From: Thermodesulfovibrionales bacterium
GTDB taxonomy: Bacteria > Nitrospirota > Thermodesulfovibrionia > Thermodesulfovibrionales > SM23-35
Assembly: GCA_963715195.1 (NCBI GenBank)
Contig: CAVQRT010000031.1
Coordinates: forward strand, 32,001-96,000
Direction: 5' to 3'
DNA length: 64,000 nt
This document shows, one piece after another, positions 43,461-54,500 of the stretch. Below the pieces are notes generated by a model. It saw only the letters and a program-made list of their open reading frames with translations. It had not been told where the DNA came from and did no database searches. How positions within the stretch are numbered: position 1 is the stretch's first letter; every line of letters starts with the position of its first letter. A program made the translations under genes and the position numbers.

Positions 43461-44255
43461 TCAGGGTTTTTTTGCCTTGACGTATGCCGAAAACACCATA
43501 TTCTCTACCCCTTCTCCGAAATTCCATCCTCTGATTATTTCATTACTCTTTTCTTTTTCCTTAATTATAGGTTTGGCAAATCCAGCTTTTTGGAGCATCC
43601 TCTTCAGTTCCTCCACGGGAACCGCACCGGTGATTCAGCCACTGTAGGCTTTCTCATTCTGCTTTATCGCTTCAGAGAATTCACCCTTTTTCAGGATATC
43701 CGAGATTGCCAGCCTCCCTCCCGGCTTTAGTACCCTGAATGCCTCCTGGAAGACCGCTTGTTTGTTTGGAGACAGATTGATTACGCAGTTCGATATAATC
43801 ACATCGACTGAATTGTCATCAACAGGAAGATGCTCAATATCTCCGTGCCTGAAATCAACATTCTTAAAGCTGAGTTTTTCTGCATTATCTTTAGCCTTTT
43901 GAACCATTTCCGGCGTCATATCCACTCCGATGACATATCCTTTCTTCCCCACTTTCATTGCGGAAAGAAACGCATCAAAGCCGGCACCACTTCCGAGGTC
44001 AAGAACGTGCTCTCCTTCTTTCAGCTCCGCTATTGCAAGAGGATTACCGCATCCAAGTCCGAGGTTTGCTTCGCCAAGCCCGATCTTCAAATCTTCTTCG
44101 GAATATCCTATAAGTTTTCCCGTTTCGAGAAGGCTCAGAGGTTTTATCTCAGGCGAGCAACATGTTGCGGGCATCGCACAGCATGAACCTTGTGAAGCGA
44201 TATTCGAATAGGTCTTTATCACAAGCTGTTTCAGTTTTGTTTTTTCTTTGTTCAT
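43461..44255 (-). CDS. arsM: Arsenite S-adenosylmethyltransferase with in-frame TGA (probable Sec) at 43635-43637; 264 aa
   Basis: [25 protein letters not shown]; readthrough gives [24 protein letters not shown]...SAYVKAKKP*, a complete ArsM C-terminus. Confidence 0.85.
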
Positions 44256-44266
44256 TATGATCTCAC

Positions 44267-44950
44267 TTATATGATTTCAAAAATATATGCAAGGCTGTAG
44301 TAGATTCCTACCAGAATAAAAATAGTACCAGTCACCTTTTTTGTATAAAACTCAATTCTTGCAATTCTGTAATAGAGATTGTTGATATACCCTGTGCCTG
44401 CTGCGACAAGAAAAGCAAAGAGCAGGACCGGAAGAGCTGTTCCGATCCCATAAATTAATGGGAGCCCTATCCCTGACTGTGCTTTCACTGCAATGGGAAT
44501 CAACCCTCCGAAGAACAGGGCGGCAGACACAGGACAAAATGCAAGGGCAAACAGGATTCCCAGAGGTAGTGAACCAATTGCTCCCTTATCAATCAACTTC
44601 TTTGTGACATCTTCGGATACCGATGGGATAGGTAAGGGTATTCGCAACAGGTCAAGCAGTACCATCCCGACGAGAATCAGTATGATGCCGAGGATTTTGT
44701 TGACATATCTCTGGAGGAAATCCGACAGGATCGGAACATCTACCAATGTTTTCACAATAAGGACACCAAGAACGATGTACGTGAGGCTTCTTCCAATGGT
44801 ATAGAGTATGCCGGATAAGAACACGACATTTTTCTGTGTAATTCTCTGTGATATAAATGATACAGCTGCTATATTCGTAGCCAATGGACAGGGACTGACA
44901 GATGTCAAAATCCCAAGCCAGACGGCTGAAGCCAGTAAGAACAATTCCAT
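44267..44950 (-). CDS. arsG: ArsG-family (DsbD/CcdA-like) aromatic arsenical efflux permease
   Basis: [34 protein letters not shown]; ars context. Confidence 0.75.
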   Translation of the reverse strand: MELFLLASAVWLGILTSVSPCPLATNIAAVSFISQRITQKNVVFLSGILYTIGRSLTYIVLGVLIVKTLVDVPILSDFLQRYVNKILGIILILVGMVLLDLLRIPLPIPSVSEDVTKKLIDKGAIGSLPLGILFALAFCPVSAALFFGGLIPIAVKAQSGIGLPLIYGIGTALPVLLFAFLVAAGTGYINNLYYRIARIEFYTKKVTGTIFILVGIYYSLAYIFEII

Positions 44951-44953
44951 TGG

Positions 44954-45538
44954 TTATGTTTCCTTGAGAAATTTTCCTACTTCTTCTTTTACATACTGAA
45001 AGAATTTGTCTTTGTCTCTTACATGCTTCCATACGTCAGTAAGGTTCTTCCAGGTTACTTCCTTATCCTGCTTTACAAGAGAAATCACGAGGGATTTACT
45101 AAATAACTGGTAATCTTGAACATAGTGACGGTTTTCTGCTTCTTCAACATTAATAGGTTTAAATTCAAGTGTTCCGTTCTTCAGCTCGTTTGCGAAGTAC
45201 TGTTCAATGGCTTCTTTTGAATACTTCTCAATAGTCTGACATGTCGAACATCTGAATGTACCATGGAAATAATAGGCAATAACCTTTGCATTTTCAGCCT
45301 TTATTGTGGTTTCAGGCGAAGGAAGAGGCTTCTGTTGTTTCGTTGTAGTTTCTTCTGATGACTGGCTATCCGGGGCCGGTGCAGATTTCTCGGATGTGGC
45401 AATTGTATTGCTCTGTGTTGCTGTGATGTCTGTGGCATTACTTTCACTTCTCGGTGAGAATTCCTTATACATAAGAACCCCCAAACTCACAATCACGAAA
45501 ATGAAGAGCAGACTTTTAATCGTTTTTCTGATATCCAA
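44954..45538 (-). CDS. arsF: ArsF-family thioredoxin-like membrane-anchored protein
   Basis: YYFHGTFRCSTCQTIE, WKNLTDVW; adjacent to arsG. Confidence 0.7.
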   Translation of the reverse strand: MDIRKTIKSLLFIFVIVSLGVLMYKEFSPRSESNATDITATQSNTIATSEKSAPAPDSQSSEETTTKQQKPLPSPETTIKAENAKVIAYYFHGTFRCSTCQTIEKYSKEAIEQYFANELKNGTLEFKPINVEEAENRHYVQDYQLFSKSLVISLVKQDKEVTWKNLTDVWKHVRDKDKFFQYVKEEVGKFLKET

Positions 45539-45557
45539 TTACAACCTCCTTAACTAT

Positions 45558-46736
45558 TTATTCAATTATTGCTCCAAAAATTATTCCAGAAATCGTTGCC
45601 ATTATGACAACCAGACATACAAACACAATGGTCTTCTTTGTCCCTATTGCACGCCTGATAACCAGCATGTTGGGTAAGCTCAAAGCCGGACCTGCAAGAA
45701 GAAGGGCCAGCGCAGGACCTTTGCCCATTCCTGATCCAATCAGCCCCTGAAGTATCGGCACTTCTGTAAGGGTTGCAAAATACATGAATGCGCCAACAAA
45801 AGAAGAAAAGAAATTAGCGAAAAAGGAATTGCCACCGACCAGGTTGCGATATACTGTGAAGGGATGATTCCTTCATATCCGACTCTCCCGAGGAGAAATC
45901 CTGCAGCGAGAACGCCGCCTAAAAGAAGAGGCAGGATTTGTAGTGCAAGAATCCAGGATTGCTGTGTCCATTCTTTCAGTTCATCTTTCTTGAACCACTT
46001 TATAAGCATGACTGACAAAGAAAGAGCAAAAAAACCTGTAATCCACCATTTGTAATGATAGATCAGCCACCAGAGATTATGGGTCTCTTCAGGCGGTTTT
46101 CCCCAGTTTGCAAAGACGAGTATTGCGACCATCGAAAAGAAATAGGGGATTGTTTTCCCAAGAGAACGAACCTCTTTGGCATCGCTGAAATCGAAATCTT
46201 CTCCTTCCTGACGTGCTCTCTCCTCTTTCAGGAAGATAAGATGCATCAGGAGTCCGATCACAACACTGAAAACAACCGCACCGATTGCCCTTGCTAATCC
46301 CAGTTCCCATCCGAGTATTCGGGCGGTGAGAATGATAGCCAGCACATTGATTGCAGGACCGGAATAGAGGAATGCGATTGCAGGACCAAGACCTGCTCCC
46401 TCTCTGGTAGATGCCCATGAACAGGGGAAGGATTGTACATGAACATACCGCAAGGATTGAACCTGATACAGAAGCGACCGAGTATGAAAGGAATTTATTC
46501 GCCTTTGCCCCGAAATATTTCATTACCGAAGCCTGGCTGACAAATACCACGATGGCGCCTGCGATGAAGAAAGCAGGAATAAGGCAGAGCAGGACATGTT
46601 CCCGTGCATACCACTTGGTCAATGCAAGAGATTCATTGACTGCATTGGTAAACCGTGCATTCTCGATCGGCAGAAAATAGCAGATGAGAAACACTGTCAG
46701 GACAATCAGAAATTTGTATCTTTCTTTCATTTTCAT
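45558..46736 (-). CDS. arsP: ArsP/DUF318 permease with two 1-nt frameshifts
   Basis: HVLLCLIPAFFIAG, LAVCSCTILPLF, GAGLGPAIAFLYSGPAIN, MYFATLTEVPI, LLAGPALSLP across three frames. Confidence 0.8.
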
Positions 46737-46751
46737 AAAGGCTTTGTACTT

Positions 46752-47811
46752 TCAATCTTGCAATACTCGGTCAGCAAAGTATTTCCTCTGAAAATAGAGT
46801 GCTACATTTACCAGTCCGATTAACACAGGAACTTCTACGAGAGGACCTATAACGGTTGCAAAGGCTACTCCGGAATTAATGCCAAACACTGCTACAGCAA
46901 CAGCAATGGCCAGCTCAAAATCATTGGAGGCAGCGGTAAAGCTCAACGTGGCGGATTTCGGATAATTCGCTCCAATTTTCTTTGCGATATAGAATGTGAC
47001 CAGGAACATAAAAACAAAATATATGAAAAGAGGGATGGCAATCCTTACCACATCAACAGGAAGCTTGATGATATATTCTCCTTTCAGGGAAAACATCACA
47101 AAGATGGTAAAAAGGAGTGCAACAAGGGTAATAGGGCTTATCTTGGGAATGAATTTATCATGATACCATTGCTTGCCTTTTGCGCTGACGAGAGTGAAAC
47201 GGGTGATTATGCCTCCGAGGAATGGTATCCCGAGGTATATGAATACACTCTTGGCAATTTCGCCAATCGTTACGTCAACAACAGCACCGCTAAGCCCGAG
47301 CATGGGAGGAAGTATCGTGACAAAGATCCACGCATAGACTGAATATGTAAGTACCTGAAACAGGGCATTAAAGGCAACCAGTCCGGCAACATAATCTGGG
47401 TCACCGCAGGCAAGATCATTCCATACGAGCACCATTGCGATACAGCGGGCAAGTCCTACAAGGATGATGCCGATCATATAGTCGGGATAACCTGATAGGA
47501 ACAATAATCGCCAGAACAAACATTACAATCGGCCCGACAATCCAGTTCTGGATGAGGCTTACTGCAAGAATCTTATAATTGCTGAAGACCTTTGGCAGTT
47601 CTTCATATCGGACCTTTGCCAGAGGCGGATACATCATCAGGATTAATCCAACAGCTATCGGGATATTGGTTGTACCAACCTGGAAAATGTTCCAGAAATC
47701 GGTAATCTTCGGATAAAAATACCCTGAAATAACCCCAACAGCCATAGCAAGGAAGATCCACAAGGTGAGAAATCGGTCAAGGAATGAAAGTTTTTTCACT
47801 ACTTCAGCCAT
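46752..47811 (-). CDS. acr3: Acr3-family arsenite efflux transporter, one frameshift near 47500
   Basis: [61 protein letters not shown]. Confidence 0.88.
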
Positions 47812-48223
47812 GCTGTACTTCCTTGATAAAATCCAAAAGTCGCTCCTTGATTTCATTTCGGATTCTTCTAAACTCATTCAGTATTTCTTCCTCGGTGCCC
47901 TCAGCCTTTGCTGGGTCTTGAAGAGGCCAGTGAATTCTTGTGATCCCGGGAGGTGTCCATGGGCAGGCTTCAGCAGCATTGTCGCAGAGGGTGATAATAA
48001 CATCCATCTTCTTGAGCAGTTCTTCATCGACTGATTTTGACGTCTGGTTTGAAATATCTATGCCAATTTCTTTCATCACAGCGACAGCACGGGGATTTAC
48101 TCCCTGAGGACTGAGACCAGAGCTGTGTGCTTCAATCAGACCTTTCCCCAATTCCCGTGTAAAGCCCTCTGCCATCTGGGAACGGCAGGAATTCCCTGTG
48201 CATAAAAACATGATTTTCAGCAT
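47804..48223 (-). CDS. arsC: Thioredoxin-coupled arsenate reductase (LMW-PTP fold)
   Basis: [19 protein letters not shown]...[11 protein letters not shown]. Confidence 0.92.
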   Translation of the reverse strand: MLKIMFLCTGNSCRSQMAEGFTRELGKGLIEAHSSGLSPQGVNPRAVAVMKEIGIDISNQTSKSVDEELLKKMDVIITLCDNAAEACPWTPPGITRIHWPLQDPAKAEGTEEEILNEFRRIRNEIKERLLDFIKEVQHG

Positions 48224-48224
48224 A

Positions 48225-48597
48225 CTACCTCCCGCAGCAACTGCTCCTGAATTTCATCGGAACGACTTTCTCTTCTTTAGATTTGAGAAATTCTTGGAGT
48301 CTTATTTTGTCTGAATGAATTAAATCTCCTGTAGCTTTTTCGATAGTCGAGAAAAGAAGAAACCTCCTGAATATTTCTGAATCATCAAGACGATAATGAA
48401 TCCACTTGCCTACCCTTCTGTCTTTAACAAGTCCCGCTTCCTTGAGTACCCTTAAGATGAAAGGATATTTTCGGCTGAATAATATCAAGCGATGCGATAA
48501 TATCGCATACACAGAGTTCACCATGTTCCAATAGTTTTATTATTCTCAGCCGTGTCTCATCGGAGAGAGCCTTATACACTTGCAAGAGATCTTTCAT
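48225..48597 (-). CDS. arsR: ArsR/SmtB repressor, one extra base near 48450
   Basis: MKDLLQVYKALSDETRLRII...ELCVCDI...ISFHL, then a shift to VLKEAGLV...GKWIHYRL; C-terminal CC. Confidence 0.85.
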
Positions 48598-48598
48598 C

Positions 48599-48838
48599 CT
48601 ATGACTCCTTCTTGAGTAAATCTTTTACTTTTTCAATCGTCGGAAGTGGTTTGCCGGAATATTTCAGCTTGCCGTTTATCACAATCCCGGGAGTGGACAT
48701 CGTATACTTCATAATCTCGAACATGTCTGTAACCTTTTCTACCTTTGCGTCAATTCCAAGCTCCTTAACAGCGGCTTTTACCATCTCCTCTACCTTTTGA
48801 CAATTTGGGCAACCGGGTCCCAATACCTTAATTTCCAT
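48599..48838 (-). CDS. Small redox-active disulfide protein (MTH895/ArsE-like thioredoxin)
   Basis: IKVLGPGCPNC, STPGIVING; first gene of the ars operon. Confidence 0.85.
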   Translation of the reverse strand: MEIKVLGPGCPNCQKVEEMVKAAVKELGIDAKVEKVTDMFEIMKYTMSTPGIVINGKLKYSGKPLPTIEKVKDLLKKES

Positions 48839-48985
48839 ACCTTAATCCTCCTTATTAAATAGTGCTGAAATTAACCTGATAAATTCTTATATTAGATAGA
48901 AGCATGTGTATGTGAATCGGATAAATTGCTTTAAATAAAAAGAATCATGTTCAAAATATAAATTATTATTTATATGTAAGTCAAC

Positions 48986-49294
48986 ATGAAAATTGATTGT
49001 TACCTATCAAGAGGCTGTGCAGCCGAGAGTGTTTTAAGGGAGAACATAAATCAGGCCCTTATCCAAGAAGGTCTGCATGCTGAGGTAAATTATTACAGAA
49101 TATCAGAAGGGGAAGCAGAGAAGCTCAGTCTAAAAGGTTCCCCTTCGATATTGATTGATGGAAGGGATATACAGCCGATGAATGTGCAGGGGTTTTCTTG
49201 AAGAACGTTTATGGATGAGTCTGGAAGGCTCTCGCCAGCCCCTTCTATTGCAACACTGAGGCGTGTTATCAGAGAATCAATAATAAAGACTTAA
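48986..49294 (+). CDS. Thioredoxin-fold protein with in-frame TGA (probable Sec) at 49199-49201; 102 aa
   Basis: GC near the N-terminus, GSPSILIDGRDI, then GFS-U-RTF...PAPS...; the frame stays open for 30 more codons; hairpin GAGTCT-GGA-AGGCTC downstream. Confidence 0.72.
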
Positions 49295-49542
49295 CCCGCA
49301 TGCTTTAATCCCAAATCAACACTATTATCTCTGTACGATTCTAAAGATTTTCAGATGTACTGTTGTTTCTTATTTTTTAGCCGGTGTGCGTCTTTGATGA
49401 AGCTCCAATATTTTGAAACGATGAAAACTCTTTGTTCGTAGATGAAGCCCTCGAAAATGACATGTTTCCTTCGGAACTGTTCCCAAGGCAAAAAATAGTG
49501 TATTATTTATACGATAGAACAAAAAGTTATGGGTCGAGGTAC

Positions 49543-49569
49543 GAGGTTCAAATTCTCTCGCCCTGACCA
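49543..49569 (+). repeat. attR-like copy of the tRNA-Pro 3' end
   Basis: GAGGTTCAAATTCTCTCGCCCTGACCA versus 42019-42045 GAGGTTCAAATCCTCTCGCCCCGACCA. Confidence 0.85.
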
Positions 49570-49605
49570 GGTAAATGTATGAATTTACAACAAGAGGAGG
49601 GTACT

Positions 49606-50865
49606 ATGAAGAAATTTGGGGTTGTCATCTTGGTTGTACTGTTTTTGTTGTCGTTATCTGCCATCGCTTCGGCAACAAACGGATACTTTACTCACGGTTA
49701 CAGTATCAAAAACAAGGCATTGGCCGGTGCCGGAGTTGCGCTGCCGCTTGATGCTCTGTCAGCATCAATGAACCCGGCAGGAATGGTCTCTGTAGGCACG
49801 AGGATTGATGTTGGCCTCACATTATTTAACCCCAACCGAGAATATACGATAAAAGGAACCCCATCTCCACCTCCTGCTTTTGGTCTGATGCCGGGTACAG
49901 TCGAAAGCGATTCGGAATGGTTCGTAATCCCTGCATTTGGCTTCAATAAAATGCTGAATGAAAGGAGCTCACTGGGGGTATCGATTTACGGCAACGGCGG
50001 AATGAATACTGATTATGACACCAATACATTTTATCTTTCATCTCCGACGGGAGTCGACCTCATGCAATTATTTTTGGCCCCTACTTATGCAATAAAGCTT
50101 CATCCGAAACATGCAGTAGGTATCAGCCCGATTCTGGCATATCAGAGTTTTGAGGCACAGGGACTTCAGGCTTTTGGCAATTTTTCAACCAATCCGTCAA
50201 AACTTACTAATAATGGGCATGATAAATCATTTGGATATGGAGTGAGGATCGGATATCTCGGTGAGGTCCTAACAGATTTGTTCCTCGGTGTTTCATATCA
50301 GACCAAAATTTTTATGGACGAATTTGACGATTATAAAGGTCTCTTTGCGGAACAGGGAGATTTTGATATTCCTTCCAACTGGACTATTGGGGTTGCCTAC
50401 AAGGCAACCCCGTCCCTCACCTTTGCGGCCGATGTACAAACTATTTATTACGGTGAAGTCGATTCAATCGCAAATCCTCTTGTCGCAAGCAAATTAGTGC
50501 AGGGCAAAACACCTCTTGGAAGCGACAAAGGAGCGGGGTTTGGCTGGGATGATATGACCATCTTTAAATTTGGAGTTCAATGGCAGAGCAGTGAAGACTG
50601 GATATGGAGAGGCGGTTTTTCATACGGGGAACAGCCGATTCCTGACAGTGAGGTGCTCTTCAATATCCTCGCTCCCGGTGTTATTGAATACCATGCGACA
50701 TTGGGAGTGACAAAGAAAATGGGCAATAACCATGAACTGGATTTTACCATCATGCGGGGATTTCCGAAAGAAGTCGAAGGCACGAATCCATTAGACCCGC
50801 AGCAGACGATCAAACTGAAAATGGATCAGTGGGAATTCTCGGCAGGGTATTCCTATAAATTCTAG
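49606..50865 (+). CDS. FadL/TodX-family outer-membrane transporter
   Basis: Signal peptide, ATNGYF, MNPAGM, GNGGMNTDY, C-terminal YSYKF beta-signal. Confidence 0.85.
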   Translation: MKKFGVVILVVLFLLSLSAIASATNGYFTHGYSIKNKALAGAGVALPLDALSASMNPAGMVSVGTRIDVGLTLFNPNREYTIKGTPSPPPAFGLMPGTVESDSEWFVIPAFGFNKMLNERSSLGVSIYGNGGMNTDYDTNTFYLSSPTGVDLMQLFLAPTYAIKLHPKHAVGISPILAYQSFEAQGLQAFGNFSTNPSKLTNNGHDKSFGYGVRIGYLGEVLTDLFLGVSYQTKIFMDEFDDYKGLFAEQGDFDIPSNWTIGVAYKATPSLTFAADVQTIYYGEVDSIANPLVASKLVQGKTPLGSDKGAGFGWDDMTIFKFGVQWQSSEDWIWRGGFSYGEQPIPDSEVLFNILAPGVIEYHATLGVTKKMGNNHELDFTIMRGFPKEVEGTNPLDPQQTIKLKMDQWEFSAGYSYKF

Positions 50866-50877
50866 TTTCCTTCCGTT

Positions 50878-50919
50878 AAAAAAGGGGGGAGAGCACATTG
50901 TGCTCTCCCCCCTTTTTTT
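50878..50919. terminator. Bidirectional rho-independent terminator
   Basis: A6-GGGGGGAGAGCAC-att-GTGCTCTCCCCCC-T7 between convergent genes. Confidence 0.9.
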
Positions 50920-50944
50920 ATTCAGAAATAACCAGACGCCTACA

Positions 50945-51406
50945 CTATGTGTAAAGGAGGACCTTGCAGTCCTTTGCGTGTTTGAGAAAATCTTCTGCTG
51001 ACTGGATTACTACTCCATCAATAAAATCCTTCTGTTTAAACCCCATCATATCAGTTGTCATCTTGCAGGCTATAAACTTCACTCCTTCAAGCAGAGCCAT
51101 CTCCTGGAGATCTCCGAGCCCCGGGATATTGGCCTTTGTCAGCTTGCTTTTCATCATCCAGGTAGCAATTGAAGACATTCCCGGAACAGCTCCCATAAAT
51201 CCGGGGGGTTGAAATTTAGCCTTGTCAACCCATCCTTGACGTATTACGTTCAGTCCCATAAAAGTGTAAAAGATTGTTGCATCCATACCCAAACGCACAG
51301 CATTGATCCCAAGAACAAGCCCTGGGTAGGCACCATCAAGGGTATCCTTTGATGTAATAAACGCTGCTGCTTCTTTGATCTTTTTCCCTTCTTCACCTGG
51401 TTTCAT
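50945..51406 (-). CDS. DsrE/DsrF-like (DsrE2) family protein
   Basis: TLDGAYP, IFYTFMGL, FIACKMTTDMMG. Confidence 0.8.
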   Translation of the reverse strand: MKPGEEGKKIKEAAAFITSKDTLDGAYPGLVLGINAVRLGMDATIFYTFMGLNVIRQGWVDKAKFQPPGFMGAVPGMSSIATWMMKSKLTKANIPGLGDLQEMALLEGVKFIACKMTTDMMGFKQKDFIDGVVIQSAEDFLKHAKDCKVLLYT

Positions 51407-51540
51407 ATACTCCTCTCTTTCATTTTCTATCGGGCCTGTTTTCATTCATTCTTGAACCATCTTTGATTGAAAGCAGACCTGAATATATTTAATCCTAATA
51501 ATGATACAGCACGCGAGAAAAGTCAAATGTTCTAATGAAT

Positions 51541-54500
51541 CTATTGTCTTACGCTCACTTCAGATTCAGCCGTCATTTCTTTTCCCTTCCGTATGTAGGT
51601 AATGGAAATTTTATCTCCTGGTTGCAACGCTTTGAGGATATCAGAAAGATCCTTGAGTTTCCGCACAGGGGTTTTGTTTATTTGGATGATAATATCTCCT
51701 TTCACGAGTCCTGCTTTTTCTGCAGGAGAGTTTTGAACAACTCCGGAAACCCTGCATCCTTCACCTTTATATCCGAAGTCCGGAATAACACCGAAACTCA
51801 CTTTTCTCTCTTTCTCCAATTCAGATGCGGTTTTCTGTACAGGTATGATTGTTGCAGTCAAAGGTTCCCGCCTCTTTGCAAGATATTCGATGACCTCTTT
51901 TGCAACAGAAGCAACTTTGATTAGTCCATCAGTGTCAATTTTGTCTGCAGTATCAGTTGGTCTGTGATAATCAAGGTGTGGGCCTGAAAAAAACTGGACA
52001 GCCGGAATTCCTCCTTCCTGAAAACTTTTTTGGTCACTTGAATCAAGTTCCTCCGATACCAGTTCGATCCCGACACCAGTCATATGACCAGTTCCCTTAA
52101 AAATATGCTCCCATTCCTTTGCAGAACCTGAACCAAGGATTAGTAATCCGTTTTTATTCAACCGGCCGACCGTATCAAAGTTCAGCATGCCTATAATCCC
52201 CTCTTTCGGATAACGTTGCTGATGAGCTACATAATATTTTGAACCTTTTCTGCCGCTCTCCTCACCTGTGAATGCGATAAATATCACACTCCTGTCCGGA
52301 TTCATTGTCTTGCCGAGCACACGTGCAATCTCCGTAATTACTGCAATCCCGCTCGCATTATCATCAGCACCATGATAGATCTGTACTTTTTCATCCTGTA
52401 TGACTTCGGTGCCTAAATGATCATAGTGAGCACCGACAACAACACTCTGTGATGACCATTCAGGTTTTTTGCCGGGAATAACACCTACAACATTTTTCAT
52501 CAGCATTCTTTGACCGGCACGATCATTTTCTTCCCATATCTGAAAGTAATTGTCTCCCACATGATCGGCTGGCTTAAGACCAGCTTCCCTGAATTGCTGC
52601 GCAATGTATTCCGCTGCCCGGTCAAGTTCCTGCGAACCCAATGCCCTTCCCTTCATTTCATCGCTTGAAAGAAAATTGATCGTTTTCATCATTCTCTCCG
52701 TGGAAAAATTCTGGGAGACTGGTGCGAGGGATTTCCGCTTGTTCAGCTTTCCTTTCTCAACATTCAAAGAAGTCCCTTTCTCGTTTGGCAGGAAAATACT
52801 CATCGGGGAATCGGTGACCGGCCATCTTCCTTTCGCGATATTCTGCGGTTCATCTCCCCTGAAGGCAAGGTAGCTGTACTTATGATAATGTGGCAGTTTC
52901 CTGCTCAATCCTTTCAGTGCTTTAGGGCTGTCGGTGGTAACAAACAGCAATGCAGCATCTTGATTTCCAGGGTTTCTGCCTGTAAAAACTAACGAATGAT
53001 TTTCAAGTGATATAGTAGAGGTCCCAATCTGCAAGCTCTCTTGATCCATTCGGAGTTCATATCGTGACAGTGTTTCCAGTACTTTCTGAAGGAAACGGTT
53101 TTCCATGCCTAGTATGCATACTGCACTTTCAGAGGGGAGTGATGAGATCTCATGATCACCCTTTATTTCAACCCGCTCAGGACCTGCGTTGCTCAGCGCT
53201 TCAGCAAAAGTGCGATACGCTTGAAGCAGATGTGATCTTGCAGAAGACGGAAGAAGAACAAGCAATTTCTTCGCCCCAAGAACCTGTGTAATCGCAGGTG
53301 GAATCTCATTACGGTCAAGCCTTCGAAAGATATCAAATTCAGGATCAAAATCGACCCTCAATGGTCTTGCATGAAGATTGAGTTTGAGTTCGGCTCGCGT
53401 TTTGTCAATGAGCAGAGACGTCTGATAGGCTTGTTCCTGACCTTCCATGGTTATCGCAACAGGCAGGAGAAAATGATATGGTTGTCCCTTCTGCACCTGT
53501 TCAATTGCTGCGGTCAAAACATATGTATCCTTCTCGGTATGAATCTGCACATCATTGATCCTTAATTCAGGAGCACCTGTGCGCATTATCCATTGTTCGA
53601 ACATAACTCGCAAATCCTTCCCTGAGACATCTTCGAAACTTTGCCTGAGACTGTGGAATGATGCATAGCGAAACTTGTTTTTCCGGTAGAACTCCTGTAG
53701 TCCTCCGATAAAAATCTCGTCCCCCAGTTCAAGACGGAGCATGTGAAAGAACATGAGGGATTTGCCATATCCAATCGCCTCTGAAGATGAGCTATGGCGC
53801 GAACGGAATGCGGTAAGTGGAAAGTCGTTTCCTCCAGTTACATAATCGGCATATTTCTGAAGAGTCGTCTGCCGATAAGCCAAGCCTTCTCCCTGCTGTT
53901 CAGCATTAAGATGGTCAGAAAGATACGCTGTTAATCCTTCTGACCAATTACCATATTCATTGTCTGGGAAGATGCTGTTCCCCCACCATGTGTGCAGAAT
54001 TTCATGAGGATATGACGTGTTGATGATAAAGGGGAAGCGAATGACCTTTGGGCCAAGGAGAGTAAAGGAGGGCATTCCAAAGCCTGTTTCCCAGAAGTTT
54101 TCGACAAGGGCAAATTTTTCATATGGATAAGGCCCGATAAGCTTTTCATACATGCTGATATAACGAACAGTTGCATCAAGATATTTTGCGGCAAGTGCCT
54201 TATCAGGCGACCGTAAAAATACCATCGCTTGAAGATTATTCGCTGATTTGACATACTCCTCAAATCTCCCCGCTACAAGAAAAATCTCCTCCTGGGGTTC
54301 AGGAGATATCCAGCGAACATATGTTTTTGTATCAGCTCTCTTGTGTAGAGCCCGTTCCCCCTGACTGACTGCATCCCAGTCACGGGGCAATTCTACCGCA
54401 AGTGAAAAAGTCAGAAATGCGGTATCGAATCCGGGATACCAGTGCGAATGTCCTGAGAGATAAACACCCTCGTCAGCTATCTTTCCCAAAGTATGGCTGT

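Noticed and set aside
43635..44255. arsM as a truncated 206-aa pseudogene
   Set aside because: The frame continues with conserved ArsM sequence and a SECIS-like hairpin, so recoding fits better.
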